DNA of 64,000 nt from Candidatus Atabeyarchaeum deiterrae (GTDB lineage: Archaea; Asgardarchaeota; Atabeyarchaeia; Atabeyarchaeales; Atabeyarchaeaceae): assembly GCA_037310415.1 (NCBI GenBank), contig CP147780.1, positions 1,984,001-2,048,000 on the forward strand, written 5' to 3'. Under the pieces are notes generated by a model. It did not search any database, was not told the origin of the DNA, and saw nothing but the letters and a program-made list of their open reading frames with translations. Position 1 is the first letter of the stretch. Every line of letters starts with the position of its first letter. Positions 1-10,808 of this stretch are shown piece after piece. The position numbers and the translations under genes are program-made.

Positions 1-446
1 AATCTCCGTTGACTCCACATGAATCGTGCCAACCAAGCGGGATCTTATTTTAAGTTCTATATCAGGCATCCCCAGCCACCCTAACCATTCCTCTAAGCAA
101 CGTATGCGCAAACAATGCAGAATGCACCTCCAGCGCACAGATTGCTTTTCTGACCATAATGTGCCCTCTCCAAGCTATCAAGTCGCTTAGAAACAGTGTT
201 CCTTTTTCTAGGTGGTATTGCTATTTAATCCTATCTGTATGCAATAGCAGATACGAACTCATGCAGTGCTGCCTCTTATGAAGCAACATACACATGGCGG
301 GTTAGGAGCGCTTCTTTTGTTGCGTCATGTGATTCCCGTAAAGTAAAACATGTTCTTCGGAAGCAAGTCAAAAAGTTTTGACTAAGATCCCATCCACTCG
401 CTAGCTTAAATACAATCGGTAGATAGTAATCAGCTTGTGAAAAACG

Positions 447-941
447 TTGGCTCAAGAAACAAAAACCAGACCAGCGACGGAGGGCTTGGAAGAATCTGTC
501 TTCAAGACGCTTAGCAGCCAGAAGAGACGTGACATTATACGTCTGCTGGGAGAAAAGACTGAGGCAACTTTCACCGAGATTAAGCACTCAACTGGAGAAG
601 ATAGCCCTTCCCTCTCTTACCACTTAGGTACACTTGACAAACTCATCATGCAAAACAAGGGAATGTACAGGTTGTCAGAGTTAGGGCAGGAAGCTCACAA
701 GCTGATGGACAAAATAGTCTCGTCGGCAACAAGCACGTCCCTGATCGGGTCTGCAAGGAAGACGGTCGCTACAATGATAATTGCTAACGCCATTCTTTGG
801 GCTGCTGCACTATTCACCGTTTCAGCATTTGAAGGTAGGATCAGTAGTATGACGCTCTACAGTTTCTCGGCGCTTTGGTTCGTCAGCAACATTGCACTCT
901 ACTCATTATCAAAAAGGCTCGAATGGGGCGGTGCAAGCTAG
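447..941 (+). CDS. ArsR-like winged-HTH regulator with two C-terminal transmembrane helices
   Basis: N-terminal FKTLSSQKRRDIIRLL...LSYHL...YRLSELG is an ArsR/wHTH pattern; two hydrophobic segments at the C-terminus. Confidence 0.7.
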   Translation: MAQETKTRPATEGLEESVFKTLSSQKRRDIIRLLGEKTEATFTEIKHSTGEDSPSLSYHLGTLDKLIMQNKGMYRLSELGQEAHKLMDKIVSSATSTSLIGSARKTVATMIIANAILWAAALFTVSAFEGRISSMTLYSFSALWFVSNIALYSLSKRLEWGGAS

Positions 942-1046
942 CCTACAATCAATGCGCACCGAAGGATATCGTAGAACTCCAACAGGGTCTTTCCTTGGCA
1001 TCTAGAGGCGTTCACCTTGAATCAAGATTACTGTGTTTTGTCAATT

Positions 1047-1967
1047 CTACGTGATCTTTATCACGACTTTGCCTCGCGCTTTTCCTTGTTGCTGATAGTC
1101 GAGCGCCTCTCGCGCCTGCTCCAAAGGGAATGTTCTGTAGACATGCACTTTGACAGCGCCTTTCTCAACGAGTTCAGTTAGCTTGCTCAATCTTTCGTTG
1201 TTGGCTTGGGTGAATTGTCCTATCGCCTTTACTTCATAGCGTTTCATCAGTTCTGAATTGGGCTGCTCTAACATAGAAACGATTATGCCGCCTTTCTTGA
1301 GCACCTTGTAAGACCTTGTGTATGTATCGCCACCCACAGTGTCATATACTGCGTCGTAGTCGTGTATTAGATCCTCGAAGGACTGTTTCTTGTAGTCCAT
1401 GATTTCGTCTGCCCCCAGCTTTTTGACGTACTTCTTGTCTTTGTCACTCGCTGTCGTCGCCACATGTGCTCCAAGGTGTTTGGCGAGTTGGATCGCCATT
1501 GTTCCGATGCCACCCGCGCCACCGTGGATAAGAATTTGCTTGCCCTTGGTGATGCCTATGTGCTCGGTCAAGGCTTGAAGAGCACTTACGCCTGTAAGGG
1601 GCAATGCCGCTGCTTCAATATGATGGATATTCTTCGGTTTGCGCGCTGTCACTTTCGCATCTGCAGAAATGAACTCGGCAAATGAACCAGTGCCACGTCC
1701 ATATACTTCGTCGTCTTTTTTGAAGGCTGTGACGCCTGCTCCTACTTCCTCCACAACTCCCGAGAAATCTCCTCCCAAAGTCGCTGGAAACTGCAGAGGT
1801 GACATCTTCGCCATGAATCCTTGACGGATCTTCCAGTCAACGGGATTAACTCCAGCTGCACACACTTCGACTAGCAATCTGCCTGCAGATGCAGTTGGCT
1901 TTGGCGCACTCCTGTTAATTTCCACAACTTCGCTGCCACCATACTTACTAATTTGCGCGGCTTTCAA
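1047..1967 (-). CDS. NADPH:quinone oxidoreductase-like protein (zinc-independent MDR family)
   Basis: AAGVNPVDWK, GGDFSGVV, ILIHGGAGGIG Rossmann motif, GKARGKVVI C-terminus. Confidence 0.9.
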   Translation of the reverse strand: MKAAQISKYGGSEVVEINRSAPKPTASAGRLLVEVCAAGVNPVDWKIRQGFMAKMSPLQFPATLGGDFSGVVEEVGAGVTAFKKDDEVYGRGTGSFAEFISADAKVTARKPKNIHHIEAAALPLTGVSALQALTEHIGITKGKQILIHGGAGGIGTMAIQLAKHLGAHVATTASDKDKKYVKKLGADEIMDYKKQSFEDLIHDYDAVYDTVGGDTYTRSYKVLKKGGIIVSMLEQPNSELMKRYEVKAIGQFTQANNERLSKLTELVEKGAVKVHVYRTFPLEQAREALDYQQQGKARGKVVIKIT

Positions 1968-2369
1968 GCCTGTAACCTCCTCGCTCTTCAGAAGTGAGCA
2001 TCTTAGTCTTAAATAACTTGCCGCCCCGGTTTCGATCTAATCATACTTCCTCTGTAGCCTTATGGCTTACCAAGACACAGCGAGAGCCCACCACTTTGCC
2101 TGGCTAATCTCTTCTTATCCTTTTCAGACATGAACTTCATTTTCATGCGTCACTCCCTCGAATTCATCCGTCAACCTCCCTTCACTCATGTATCTGTCGC
2201 TCATCCGTATAAGTGTGTTCAAGGCTCAAGATCCTGTTACCACGTTTCAACTTAGTTCTTTCGGTAAATTGCCATATCATGAAGTGGTTCCAATAAGATT
2301 ATTACCAGCATCGGGACAGATCCCGCTTCCAGAGAGCAGACTAGGTAAAGGAGGAGATGAGATCCCAAA

Positions 2370-3185
2370 ATGCCTTATGCAGCACTAAAAGATGGAAGCA
2401 GAATGTGGTATATTGAGAAGGGCAAAGGAATGCCCATCGTTTTCACTCATGGTTGGCTTGGAAGCTCCTGGCTGTACGAGAAACAAGTCGATTATTTTGG
2501 ACAGTTCTACCATGCTATGGCGTTCGACCACCTTGGACACGGGAAGAGCGATAAACCCGACAGCGCGTCCTACAAGCTCCCTGACCTCGCGGCTTACCTC
2601 GACTACGCCGTGAACCAGACACTCAAAGATGAGAGGTTTATCTTAGTGGGACACAGCATGGGTGGAATGATAGCCCAGATATACGCCACCAACCCCAAGT
2701 TCGCCAAACGACTCAAGGGACTCGTGCTAATGTCCACCGCGCCGAAGCTCAAGAACCCTGGCTTGGACGAATATGTCAAGAACCTCAAAAACGGTAAGAT
2801 GAAACTCACAGACAGATCGCTTATCGAAACAGTGTTGGTAGCCCTTTGCTTCCAGACCAAATACGCGAAAACACACAAGGACATTGTAAAGGAATTCGTT
2901 GACCTAACAATGCGGAACAAGGAGCAAGTCGGGCTCGCAACCATGTACAGCATCGTGGACGACTACAACGTGGAAAACCAGCTAGGAAAGATCACTGTCC
3001 CAACCCTGATAGTAACAGGGGACAAAGACGTCTTCATTCCCCCAGACGCTTCCAAACTGTTGCACGAGAAGATCAAAGGATCTGAACTCAAGGTGCTGAC
3101 GCCCGACATTGGTCACATGGTAGAATTCGAGGCAACTGAACAGTTGCACAAAACCCTGATGGATTTCCTAAAGAAGCTGAGCTAG
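2370..3185 (+). CDS. alpha/beta hydrolase
   Basis: HGWLG, GHGKS, GHSMGG nucleophile elbow, GDKD acid, GHMV histidine. Confidence 0.9.
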   Translation: MPYAALKDGSRMWYIEKGKGMPIVFTHGWLGSSWLYEKQVDYFGQFYHAMAFDHLGHGKSDKPDSASYKLPDLAAYLDYAVNQTLKDERFILVGHSMGGMIAQIYATNPKFAKRLKGLVLMSTAPKLKNPGLDEYVKNLKNGKMKLTDRSLIETVLVALCFQTKYAKTHKDIVKEFVDLTMRNKEQVGLATMYSIVDDYNVENQLGKITVPTLIVTGDKDVFIPPDASKLLHEKIKGSELKVLTPDIGHMVEFEATEQLHKTLMDFLKKLS

Positions 3186-3233
3186 CCGAGGCACACCCAA
3201 TCCGTGGGAAACGAATAGAAGGGGAACGCACAT

Positions 3234-4109
3234 TTGAGAGTGCTCGTCACCGGTGTGTGTGGATATATAGGGAGTAACTTGGTTGCGCGGTTGCTGAAAA
3301 AGAGATACCAGGTGCGTGGGCTCGACCTCTCTACAGACGTAAATAGAAAAGTCGCAGAAAACCTCCAACCGGAGGAGCTCCTATGGGGAGACGTGACCGA
3401 TGCAAACATGGTTAAGAAGGCAGTCGATGACGATGTCGAAGCCGTTGTTCACCTCGCCTACATACTTCCTCCCTCTTCGGAAACTAAGCCCGAACTAGCT
3501 CAGAAAGTCAACATCAATGGGACCCGAAACGTGGTGAAAGCCGTCCAAGCAAGTGGCAAGAAGCCCAAGCTCATTTTCACGTCTTCAACCGCTGTCTTCG
3601 GCATGACAGCTGACGAAAAGCCTCCAATCAGGCCCGACCACCCTGTGAAGGCAACAAACAACTACTCTCGTTACAAAATTCAATGCGAACAAATGATCAA
3701 GGAATCCAATGTAAGGTACACCATTCTGAGACTTGCGGCCGTCCTACCATTAGAGCCCAGCCCGGAAAGCATATCGATCAGCAACTCGATGCCCCCAAGC
3801 GGTAGAATGGAGTTTCTACACTATCAAGACGCGTGCACAGCGATCTTAAACTGTCTCGCGGAGAAAAAGACTGACAACCGAGTCTACACGATTGGGGGCG
3901 GAAAGAAGAACCAAATGCTTATCAAAGACATGATGACGAGAATGTCTGCCGCGTTGGGCATGCCAGAACCTGATTGGAGTCAATTTGGCAAGAAACCATA
4001 CTACTTGGACTGGTACGACACAACCGAATCACAGAGGATACTCAAATACCAGAAAAGAACATTCGACGGATTCATCGAAGAATTCAAGAAGAAACTAGGA
4101 GTATCCTAG
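3234..4109 (+). CDS. NAD-dependent epimerase/dehydratase (extended SDR)
   Basis: TGVCGYIG, HLAY, TSSTAVFG, YSRYK (YxxxK). Confidence 0.85.
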   Translation: MRVLVTGVCGYIGSNLVARLLKKRYQVRGLDLSTDVNRKVAENLQPEELLWGDVTDANMVKKAVDDDVEAVVHLAYILPPSSETKPELAQKVNINGTRNVVKAVQASGKKPKLIFTSSTAVFGMTADEKPPIRPDHPVKATNNYSRYKIQCEQMIKESNVRYTILRLAAVLPLEPSPESISISNSMPPSGRMEFLHYQDACTAILNCLAEKKTDNRVYTIGGGKKNQMLIKDMMTRMSAALGMPEPDWSQFGKKPYYLDWYDTTESQRILKYQKRTFDGFIEEFKKKLGVS

Positions 4110-4159
4110 GGCCCAACCATATTACTATTCCATGTCCCCGCTGTCTGTCCGACTGCAGG

Positions 4160-4864
4160 CTAGGAAGTCGTGAAGTATCTGATTATGCAGCGCGGTTTGT
4201 ATGACTCCAGCAAGTCGTAATCATATTCGAAGCCTGTTGCCACTTTGAAGAACTGGCACAGCGATGAACCCAAGTCACACTGAGTCCGTCCATTTGGTCT
4301 TCTCAGCAGCCCTTCTTCGAAAGCTTGCTTGCATCCATCCAAGTAGAAGCAGCTAGGTATGATGAAGTCCACTCCTTCATATTCATTCTTTCTGTAGCCG
4401 AATTCGCTGGGGCTGAGCTTCATCATAACCGACGCTTTGCGAAGATCTGACACAATCCTGTCAAAGTCTATGACCTTCCTACCCGTGTCTTGAGTCTTAG
4501 CGAAGTTTCTTTGCCAACCCATGTCTCCAACTCGGCTTAGAGCCCCCTTGCCTTGCAGGTCGCTTTCCACCTTGTGCTGGGCGTACATTACGGCGCAATA
4601 AGGAGTTGGATACTTGTCCATCTTCGAAAGTAAGTATTTTGCCATCTGATCTGAGGTTTTGACCTCTTCTGTCGGCCTTTCTCCAATCCTATGAGCTATG
4701 AACTCGACTGCGCTCGACACAACTCTTGTGGTGAAAACGGTGCCAAACACTTTTTCTTGCGCTTTTATCCCGTCTGTTTGCGCCTGTACCAAAGCCTTTG
4801 CGTCGGGCAACTTGTAGGGCGCTTTCTCGAACATTCTGAAGCCAGAACTCTCATCGCTCAGCAA
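4160..4864 (-). CDS. hypothetical protein, possibly with a V4R-like cysteine-containing ligand-binding fold
   Basis: 234-aa ORF; C-terminal C-x5-C...C...C spacing recalls V4R-like domains (weak). Confidence 0.5.
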   Translation of the reverse strand: MLSDESSGFRMFEKAPYKLPDAKALVQAQTDGIKAQEKVFGTVFTTRVVSSAVEFIAHRIGERPTEEVKTSDQMAKYLLSKMDKYPTPYCAVMYAQHKVESDLQGKGALSRVGDMGWQRNFAKTQDTGRKVIDFDRIVSDLRKASVMMKLSPSEFGYRKNEYEGVDFIIPSCFYLDGCKQAFEEGLLRRPNGRTQCDLGSSLCQFFKVATGFEYDYDLLESYKPRCIIRYFTTS

Positions 4865-5287
4865 TCTGTCTCACCTATTCCCCTACCAAGACCTGGCGTC
4901 ATCGCCTGCAGCACATCGCATCGACTTTCGGCATGCCTCGCCAGCTGGCAGCTTCTTTGTCTCACGTGGGTGACATTTCTCTAGCCGAGCGCAGCTTTAT
5001 GAAGCATACTGATCATCTGCGAGCATCGCAAAAAGAAGGTCCCACCGAGCAGGACGCAAGACAAGAGGGAAGGTGCTGGCGCAAACTCTTTGACGGTGAT
5101 TCGAAGGATTCCGCGAAATCCAATCTGGGAAAGCCTTTCAGGCGGTCTCTTCTCCACGTACATCACTCTCAAGTGGGGCCGATTTTCTGGGAGCGAGTCG
5201 TACAGAAGTTGCGAAACCGATTGACAGATACCCGCACCGCTAAAGGTTTATTAGCAAGATTCACTACCTTCTCAACGCAATAGCTAA

Positions 5288-6109
5288 ATGAGGTGGTATG
5301 TCTTGGCTCAAGGAGGACCTAAGGAAGCGCTAGCTGGTACTCCAGGGTTGTTTCAGTTGGTAGTGTTTGTCTTGGACGGTTCGGCAAGCATGACCTGGGA
5401 AGGAACCTCAGGTAAGAGAAAAGCCGATGAAGTTTACGATGCAATAGACGCAACGATAAAGTTTTTCAAGACTCAGAAAGACCCCAACCTGAAAGCAGCC
5501 GCACGTTCCATTCTTGTGCAGATGATTGCATTTTCCTCAGATCAACAGGTCAAAGTAATCCTTGACGACTTCACCGCGATAGGTGACGTTGATGTCGACG
5601 ACATAAAACCCCCCTCAGACTACTGGTCTCCACCTGATGGCACCTGCATTCATGGCGCCCTCAGCAGGGCTCAGGAAGAGACGACCAAGTTTGTCCAAGC
5701 CAAAGGTCTCGACATAAGCAGGCTACAGAGACCGACGATTCTATTGCTGACCGACGGATGTGAGAACTTCGACCAAAACAGGCTCCTTGAGATAGCGGAG
5801 GAAATCAAGGCCAAGAAATGGTACCTCGCTGTCGTACAGTACGGAAAGGTTGGCGCAACTGGCCCAGACCCAAATGAAGCTCAAGTGTGCCCTGAGGTCT
5901 TGAAGTCGATCGCAACTTCCATCGAAGGACCTGACTACGATAGAGTGAAGAAGAAGATGGACAAATACTTCAAGAGCACAGAGGAAGATGTCTCAAAGGT
6001 ATTCCTTCACAAAAAACTGTACACCGAGGCCTTGGATGAAAAAGCAGCCAGAATTTTCTTCATCGGTGGCACCACAATATCGTACCTGTCGGGCAGCAAA
6101 GTCGCATAG
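5288..6109 (+). CDS. vWA domain protein (TerY-like), copy 1
   Basis: VFVLDGSASM MIDAS (DxSxS), GT, RPTILLLTDG. Confidence 0.85.
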   Translation: MRWYVLAQGGPKEALAGTPGLFQLVVFVLDGSASMTWEGTSGKRKADEVYDAIDATIKFFKTQKDPNLKAAARSILVQMIAFSSDQQVKVILDDFTAIGDVDVDDIKPPSDYWSPPDGTCIHGALSRAQEETTKFVQAKGLDISRLQRPTILLLTDGCENFDQNRLLEIAEEIKAKKWYLAVVQYGKVGATGPDPNEAQVCPEVLKSIATSIEGPDYDRVKKKMDKYFKSTEEDVSKVFLHKKLYTEALDEKAARIFFIGGTTISYLSGSKVA

Positions 6110-6144
6110 ACGGTGTCCTCTTCTGATTCGTCGGGGGAATAGCA

Positions 6145-7539
6145 TTGAAACGTGAGGATGTCTCGTACAACACAGTCTCCACGAAGGAAGTTGGCAACAA
6201 TCTGGTCTTGCTGTACTGTTCTATCTTAAACGATGCCCACGGTGACGACTACGGTGACGTGTTTTCTTCCGATTTTGTGTCAGGCGTCGCCATTGCCGAC
6301 GGCGTTACGGGAACTGAACAAGGCAGCATTGCCTCGCGCATTGCAGTTGAGGAATCATTAAGTCTCATAAAGTCTCTGGATACTATGAGAAAGCAGGACG
6401 TAAATAGAAACATACAAGCTGCGTTCTCTGTAATGGTCAAACGTCTGCCGGAGCTTATCAAGAAGAAAATGGGCTCAAAGATAACTAGTTCAGGTACTAC
6501 ATTGGCTGTTGCGATCACGGACTTGACGAGGCTCTACGTGTTTAACATCGGTGACTCCGACATATTCCTATACCCGTTTGTCAAGGACTACTCAAGCATA
6601 GCCTCACCCGACTACATGAAACTGTCTGCTGGCTTCTCAGGTGGACCAGTTCTACTGCATTCGGTCTCAGATAGTGGGCTTGAAGGCCGCGTTGATCATG
6701 TTGAGTTAGCAGTGCCGATGGATGGCTTTGCGCTCCTGCTTGGTACGGACGGGGCAGACCTCAAGAACAAGGTTGCGAGCCTGTTTGAGAACCTAAGTGC
6801 AGTTTTCAATCAATATCAAAGAAGTCACGGGTCAGGAAAGGAAATGATGTCTGAGGCGATTCATGGGGTACTCACTTCGTACTTGAAGAAGGAGAAGGCG
6901 AAGGACGATGACGGAACAGTCGCCGTCATGACGCTTCTGCCAAAGAGAAGTGAGGACTACTTTAGGGGGTACGTGTCCGTCGCCCGTAGCACGAAACAAT
7001 CGGCCAAGCTTGAACTGCAAGGCAGTAGCGTGCCCGTTGAGGTTCGAGACCTATTTCAGGAACTGACAATCGACACAGTCCCGGACCCAGCCTTTGAGGG
7101 TCATCTGGAGATACGAATTCTTGACAAGATACCGGGACTGAAAGGAATCAGAATGTACAAGTCGTTCGACATTTCAACAAGGGGAAATGGAAGTTACAAA
7201 CTAAAGAACCTGAAAATTGTCTTCAAAGTCGAACAAGAATGGCTAACCAAAATCAACGTCGACACCTCACATGTGAAAGTATTCGGAATTGATGGAGGTT
7301 CCAAACAAGTCGGAGCAACAATGGTCGGCCAGAAAGGCAAGTACTACTTATACTCGGCGGACTTGAAGAACAAGGGAAAACACGCGATAGGGGTCTCCGA
7401 AAGTGACATGAAGGAGACTAAGCCCAAGGAAGAGCCTAGCCAAACGGCTGAAACGAAAAAGCCCCAAGAATCTCCCAACAAGAACGTTGGAAAGAGTAGA
7501 GACCCAAGAGGTTCGTCACAGGAAAAAGGATCATTATAG
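6145..7539 (+). CDS. PP2C-family phosphatase fused to a PGF-pre-PGF-like domain
   Basis: IADGV, GTTL, NIGDS, GTDG, DDGT PP2C motifs; C-terminal IVFKVEQEWL...YYLYSA resembles PGF-pre-PGF. Confidence 0.8.
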   Translation: MKREDVSYNTVSTKEVGNNLVLLYCSILNDAHGDDYGDVFSSDFVSGVAIADGVTGTEQGSIASRIAVEESLSLIKSLDTMRKQDVNRNIQAAFSVMVKRLPELIKKKMGSKITSSGTTLAVAITDLTRLYVFNIGDSDIFLYPFVKDYSSIASPDYMKLSAGFSGGPVLLHSVSDSGLEGRVDHVELAVPMDGFALLLGTDGADLKNKVASLFENLSAVFNQYQRSHGSGKEMMSEAIHGVLTSYLKKEKAKDDDGTVAVMTLLPKRSEDYFRGYVSVARSTKQSAKLELQGSSVPVEVRDLFQELTIDTVPDPAFEGHLEIRILDKIPGLKGIRMYKSFDISTRGNGSYKLKNLKIVFKVEQEWLTKINVDTSHVKVFGIDGGSKQVGATMVGQKGKYYLYSADLKNKGKHAIGVSESDMKETKPKEEPSQTAETKKPQESPNKNVGKSRDPRGSSQEKGSL

Positions 7540-7629
7540 ACAGAAGAAACTGACTAGAGGATCGTGAAATAGACGCCACACCTGGTCGTAAGTGGACTAG
7601 TACATGATTGGGCTTTCGATGTTGAGCCC

Positions 7630-8598
7630 TTGAACGTTGTCTCTGCAAATGACATGTACGTGGCGTTGGATAAGAAACATATCATCAAGATAGTGGACAC
7701 GGAATACATAACTCACTTCAGAGGGATATCCAACTACTTCAACCCAAGGCTCACAAGGATCAAGAATAACGTCATAACCATTGCTCAATCCAAAGGTTTT
7801 GATGTGGACTGCTTTCGGGGGGCAGTGAATTCGTGGGAGAAAGCGTTTCCCATAGATTATGGTCCTGCCCGACTAGATGGCGCGAGAAAAGATGCTGGAA
7901 TAGTCAGCAACTTCCTCTCTGGTCATACCCTAAGCAGGTCACTCGCAGCAGGCCTGAAGCTTGGCAAAGATGAAGTAAAGAACATCATCAGGAAGCTCCT
8001 CTACGAAGTAGCGATTATTCACATGAATGATATCGTACACATGGATCTTACGCCTGGAAACATTATTCTCGCCGAAAACAAACGCGACATATACATAATA
8101 GATTGGGACATAGCGCAGATAAGTGACTCCGATATAACTCAAATGATGATCTCATTTCCCGCCGAAACAATGATTCCCCTACCACCCGGCTTCGACCCTG
8201 GGAAAACTCGGAGAGCGCCAAACACGTTCTTCGACATCTGGTATCTTCCTGTGGACATACTAGCAATAATAGCCACATTCGATCGAGATATGAACAAGCT
8301 CTTCGGCGGCGAAATTCCGTCTCCAATGTTCTTTGTTGATTTTCCAACACCAGAAAAACTGCTCGAACTCAGACAATTGCTACAGAATGACAAAAAATCA
8401 AGGAAAAGATGGCCCCCAGACTATGACAAGTTGAAGGGCTATAGATTCTTCCGAAAAGAGGTCAAACGAGACCATCTAGATCATTTCAATGAGTATGTTA
8501 GTAGGTATCTCGACCCTGAGCTATTCCACCACGTTTATCTGGATGCCGCTGATGGTAAGAAGCATCCTACTGCTGATGGTCTTAACAGATTTATCTGA
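7630..8598 (+). CDS. Ser/Thr protein kinase-like protein, copy 1
   Basis: IIK lysine, HMDLTPGNII catalytic loop, IIDWD (DFG equivalent), DIWY. Confidence 0.8.
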   Translation: MNVVSANDMYVALDKKHIIKIVDTEYITHFRGISNYFNPRLTRIKNNVITIAQSKGFDVDCFRGAVNSWEKAFPIDYGPARLDGARKDAGIVSNFLSGHTLSRSLAAGLKLGKDEVKNIIRKLLYEVAIIHMNDIVHMDLTPGNIILAENKRDIYIIDWDIAQISDSDITQMMISFPAETMIPLPPGFDPGKTRRAPNTFFDIWYLPVDILAIIATFDRDMNKLFGGEIPSPMFFVDFPTPEKLLELRQLLQNDKKSRKRWPPDYDKLKGYRFFRKEVKRDHLDHFNEYVSRYLDPELFHHVYLDAADGKKHPTADGLNRFI

Positions 8599-8687
8599 AA
8601 GGAATCGTCAATTCGAAATTCGAACTCATGTGATCAATGTTGACTCAAACCATGTTTCCAACACACAAAAGGTAGGAGTGTGATTTA

Positions 8688-9545
8688 TTGCCCGAAGAGG
8701 TCAAAAACGTCCCATCAGAAGTTAAGAATGTCTCGACAGAAGAGAGAAACGTATCTGCTGTGCCGCCACCAACTCGATCATTGGTTCAATTGGTTGTCTT
8801 TGTTCTGGACGGATCAAAAAGCATGGACTGGAGCATTAACAACAAATCAAAATCCAATATGGTCAAGGAAACACTGAGAAGCATTGTGCGCTATTTCAAG
8901 GACGAAGAACACTGGAAAAAAGAGACCGATACACGCGGCCCTGGAGAAAACATTTTCGTTCAAGTCATAGCATTCGACACGGAAGTTGTAAAGTACTTCG
9001 ATGACTTCGTGAGAATGATCGAGTTACCTGAAGATGCAGTACTATCGCCAACAGAGAAGATTAGGAAGACACTGAAGCGAACCAACAAAGGAACCACTAT
9101 CTCAGTCGGATTGCGCTCAGCCTGGGACTCAATTGGAGACTTCATCAGGAAACGGGAACTCGACATAAACAGAATCTACAGGCCAACAATCATTCTATTG
9201 AGTGACGGATGCACGAACAAAAGCGACCGACAACCACTGCTGGAACTATCCGAAGAATTACTGAAGTTGTACCAGATCTTCGTGATCGAGTTTGGCGAAT
9301 CGGGGCAACAGCCAGAGACTGCCGACTTCCATCGCCAGTCCTGCCCAGAGATATTGGCGAAAGTAGCGAGTCCCTTGGATCCAGGATTGCTTCAGAAGAT
9401 CAAGAGAGTCGGTCAGAGAGTTGACTCAGTGGTAAAAGTAGAGGAGCTCTTCCAAGGCAACAGAGGATACATAAGAACCCTGAATGAAAAGCATCTGCGC
9501 GTTATCTTCATAACCATGACGACACTCGCGATGGTGAAGAAGTAG
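8688..9545 (+). CDS. vWA domain protein (TerY-like), copy 2
   Basis: VFVLDGSKSM, KGTTIS, RPTIILLSDG. Confidence 0.85.
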   Translation: MPEEVKNVPSEVKNVSTEERNVSAVPPPTRSLVQLVVFVLDGSKSMDWSINNKSKSNMVKETLRSIVRYFKDEEHWKKETDTRGPGENIFVQVIAFDTEVVKYFDDFVRMIELPEDAVLSPTEKIRKTLKRTNKGTTISVGLRSAWDSIGDFIRKRELDINRIYRPTIILLSDGCTNKSDRQPLLELSEELLKLYQIFVIEFGESGQQPETADFHRQSCPEILAKVASPLDPGLLQKIKRVGQRVDSVVKVEELFQGNRGYIRTLNEKHLRVIFITMTTLAMVKK

Positions 9546-9636
9546 AGGACAAGAAGGTGCCTCACGAAAGTCGACGAGAGAGATGTCTCGCAAAGCAAAT
9601 ACACTGAAACTATTTGATAAATGATCCTGACCCACC

Positions 9637-10701
9637 GTGATAGTGATAGACATGACTCGATTGCTAGTGCAGGGGATACAAGAGCAAAGATCCTTTGACG
9701 TTAAGCCACTATCCGTGGACTCGACTTACCCTATCTATGTCACAAATGATGAGAAATACGTAATAAAAATAGTTGATGCTAGTCCCATCGACCATTTTGC
9801 CAAGTTGTTCCACTATTTCCATGAGCGGTTTGAAGACGTCAAGAAACATATGACGATAGATGCTCGGAAAAAAGGCTATCCAGTGAACACGATTGACTGC
9901 CTCGGATATGCACTAACATCCATGTGGAGAGCATTCCCTTTTGACTTTGGAAAAGCATCACTCGGCAGTGACAAGAAAGTCGGTTGGGGAATAATCAGCA
10001 ACTACCTTGACGGCATTCAGTTGAACAAAGGTCTAGAGCTTGATCTCAGCCTCGATGTTGAGGATGTGAAGCGCACCATCAGGAGATTACTTTGCGAAGT
10101 CGCCGTAATTCATGCCATCGGAATTGTCCACATGGACATCACGCCACCAAACATCATTCTAAACGCTAATCAAAGAGAGGCCTATATTGTCGACTGGGAT
10201 TTGGCACAGATAAGCGGGTCTGAACTCTTAACGGTGACCGTCGCTTATCCATATGAACAATCCATCCCGCTCCCACCAGGATTCGACCCAAGATTTGCCG
10301 ATGCTACACCTCACACCTTCTTTGACGTATGGTATCTTCCCGTCGACATACTAAACATCATAGCAATCTTCGACCAAGACATGAGACAACTGTTCGGCGG
10401 AAATAGACCATATCCCATGTTTTTCATCAAGTTTCCAACGATAGACAAACTCCGAGGGTTGAAAGCCCATCTCAAGAAAAAGAAGTCTAGAGAAACATGG
10501 CCCCCAGACTATGACGCCGTGAAGGACTACGAGTACTACGATGAGAATGTCACAAAAGAACATCTAGATCGGTTCCGAGAAACACTCAGCAAGTACGTAG
10601 ACCCAGCGCTATTCTACGGAGTCTACTTAGATGCCCTCGACGATCGAAAGCGTCTCAGCGCAATCGACCTCCTAAACCTTCTAGCGGACAATCCGCGCTA
10701 G
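9637..10701 (+). CDS. Ser/Thr protein kinase-like protein, copy 2
   Basis: VIK, HMDITPPNII, IVDWD; shares IPLPPGFDP and FFDxWYLPVDIL with copy 1. Confidence 0.8.
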   Translation: MIVIDMTRLLVQGIQEQRSFDVKPLSVDSTYPIYVTNDEKYVIKIVDASPIDHFAKLFHYFHERFEDVKKHMTIDARKKGYPVNTIDCLGYALTSMWRAFPFDFGKASLGSDKKVGWGIISNYLDGIQLNKGLELDLSLDVEDVKRTIRRLLCEVAVIHAIGIVHMDITPPNIILNANQREAYIVDWDLAQISGSELLTVTVAYPYEQSIPLPPGFDPRFADATPHTFFDVWYLPVDILNIIAIFDQDMRQLFGGNRPYPMFFIKFPTIDKLRGLKAHLKKKKSRETWPPDYDAVKDYEYYDENVTKEHLDRFRETLSKYVDPALFYGVYLDALDDRKRLSAIDLLNLLADNPR

Positions 10702-10808
10702 CCAACTCGGTTGAATTTCCCAGAAGTAAGACTAATACCACACTTCCACTTATTCAGCTGCTATCGCAACCTAGGCGAGCTCCACCCGCATGCAAAAGGC
10801 GAAACACC

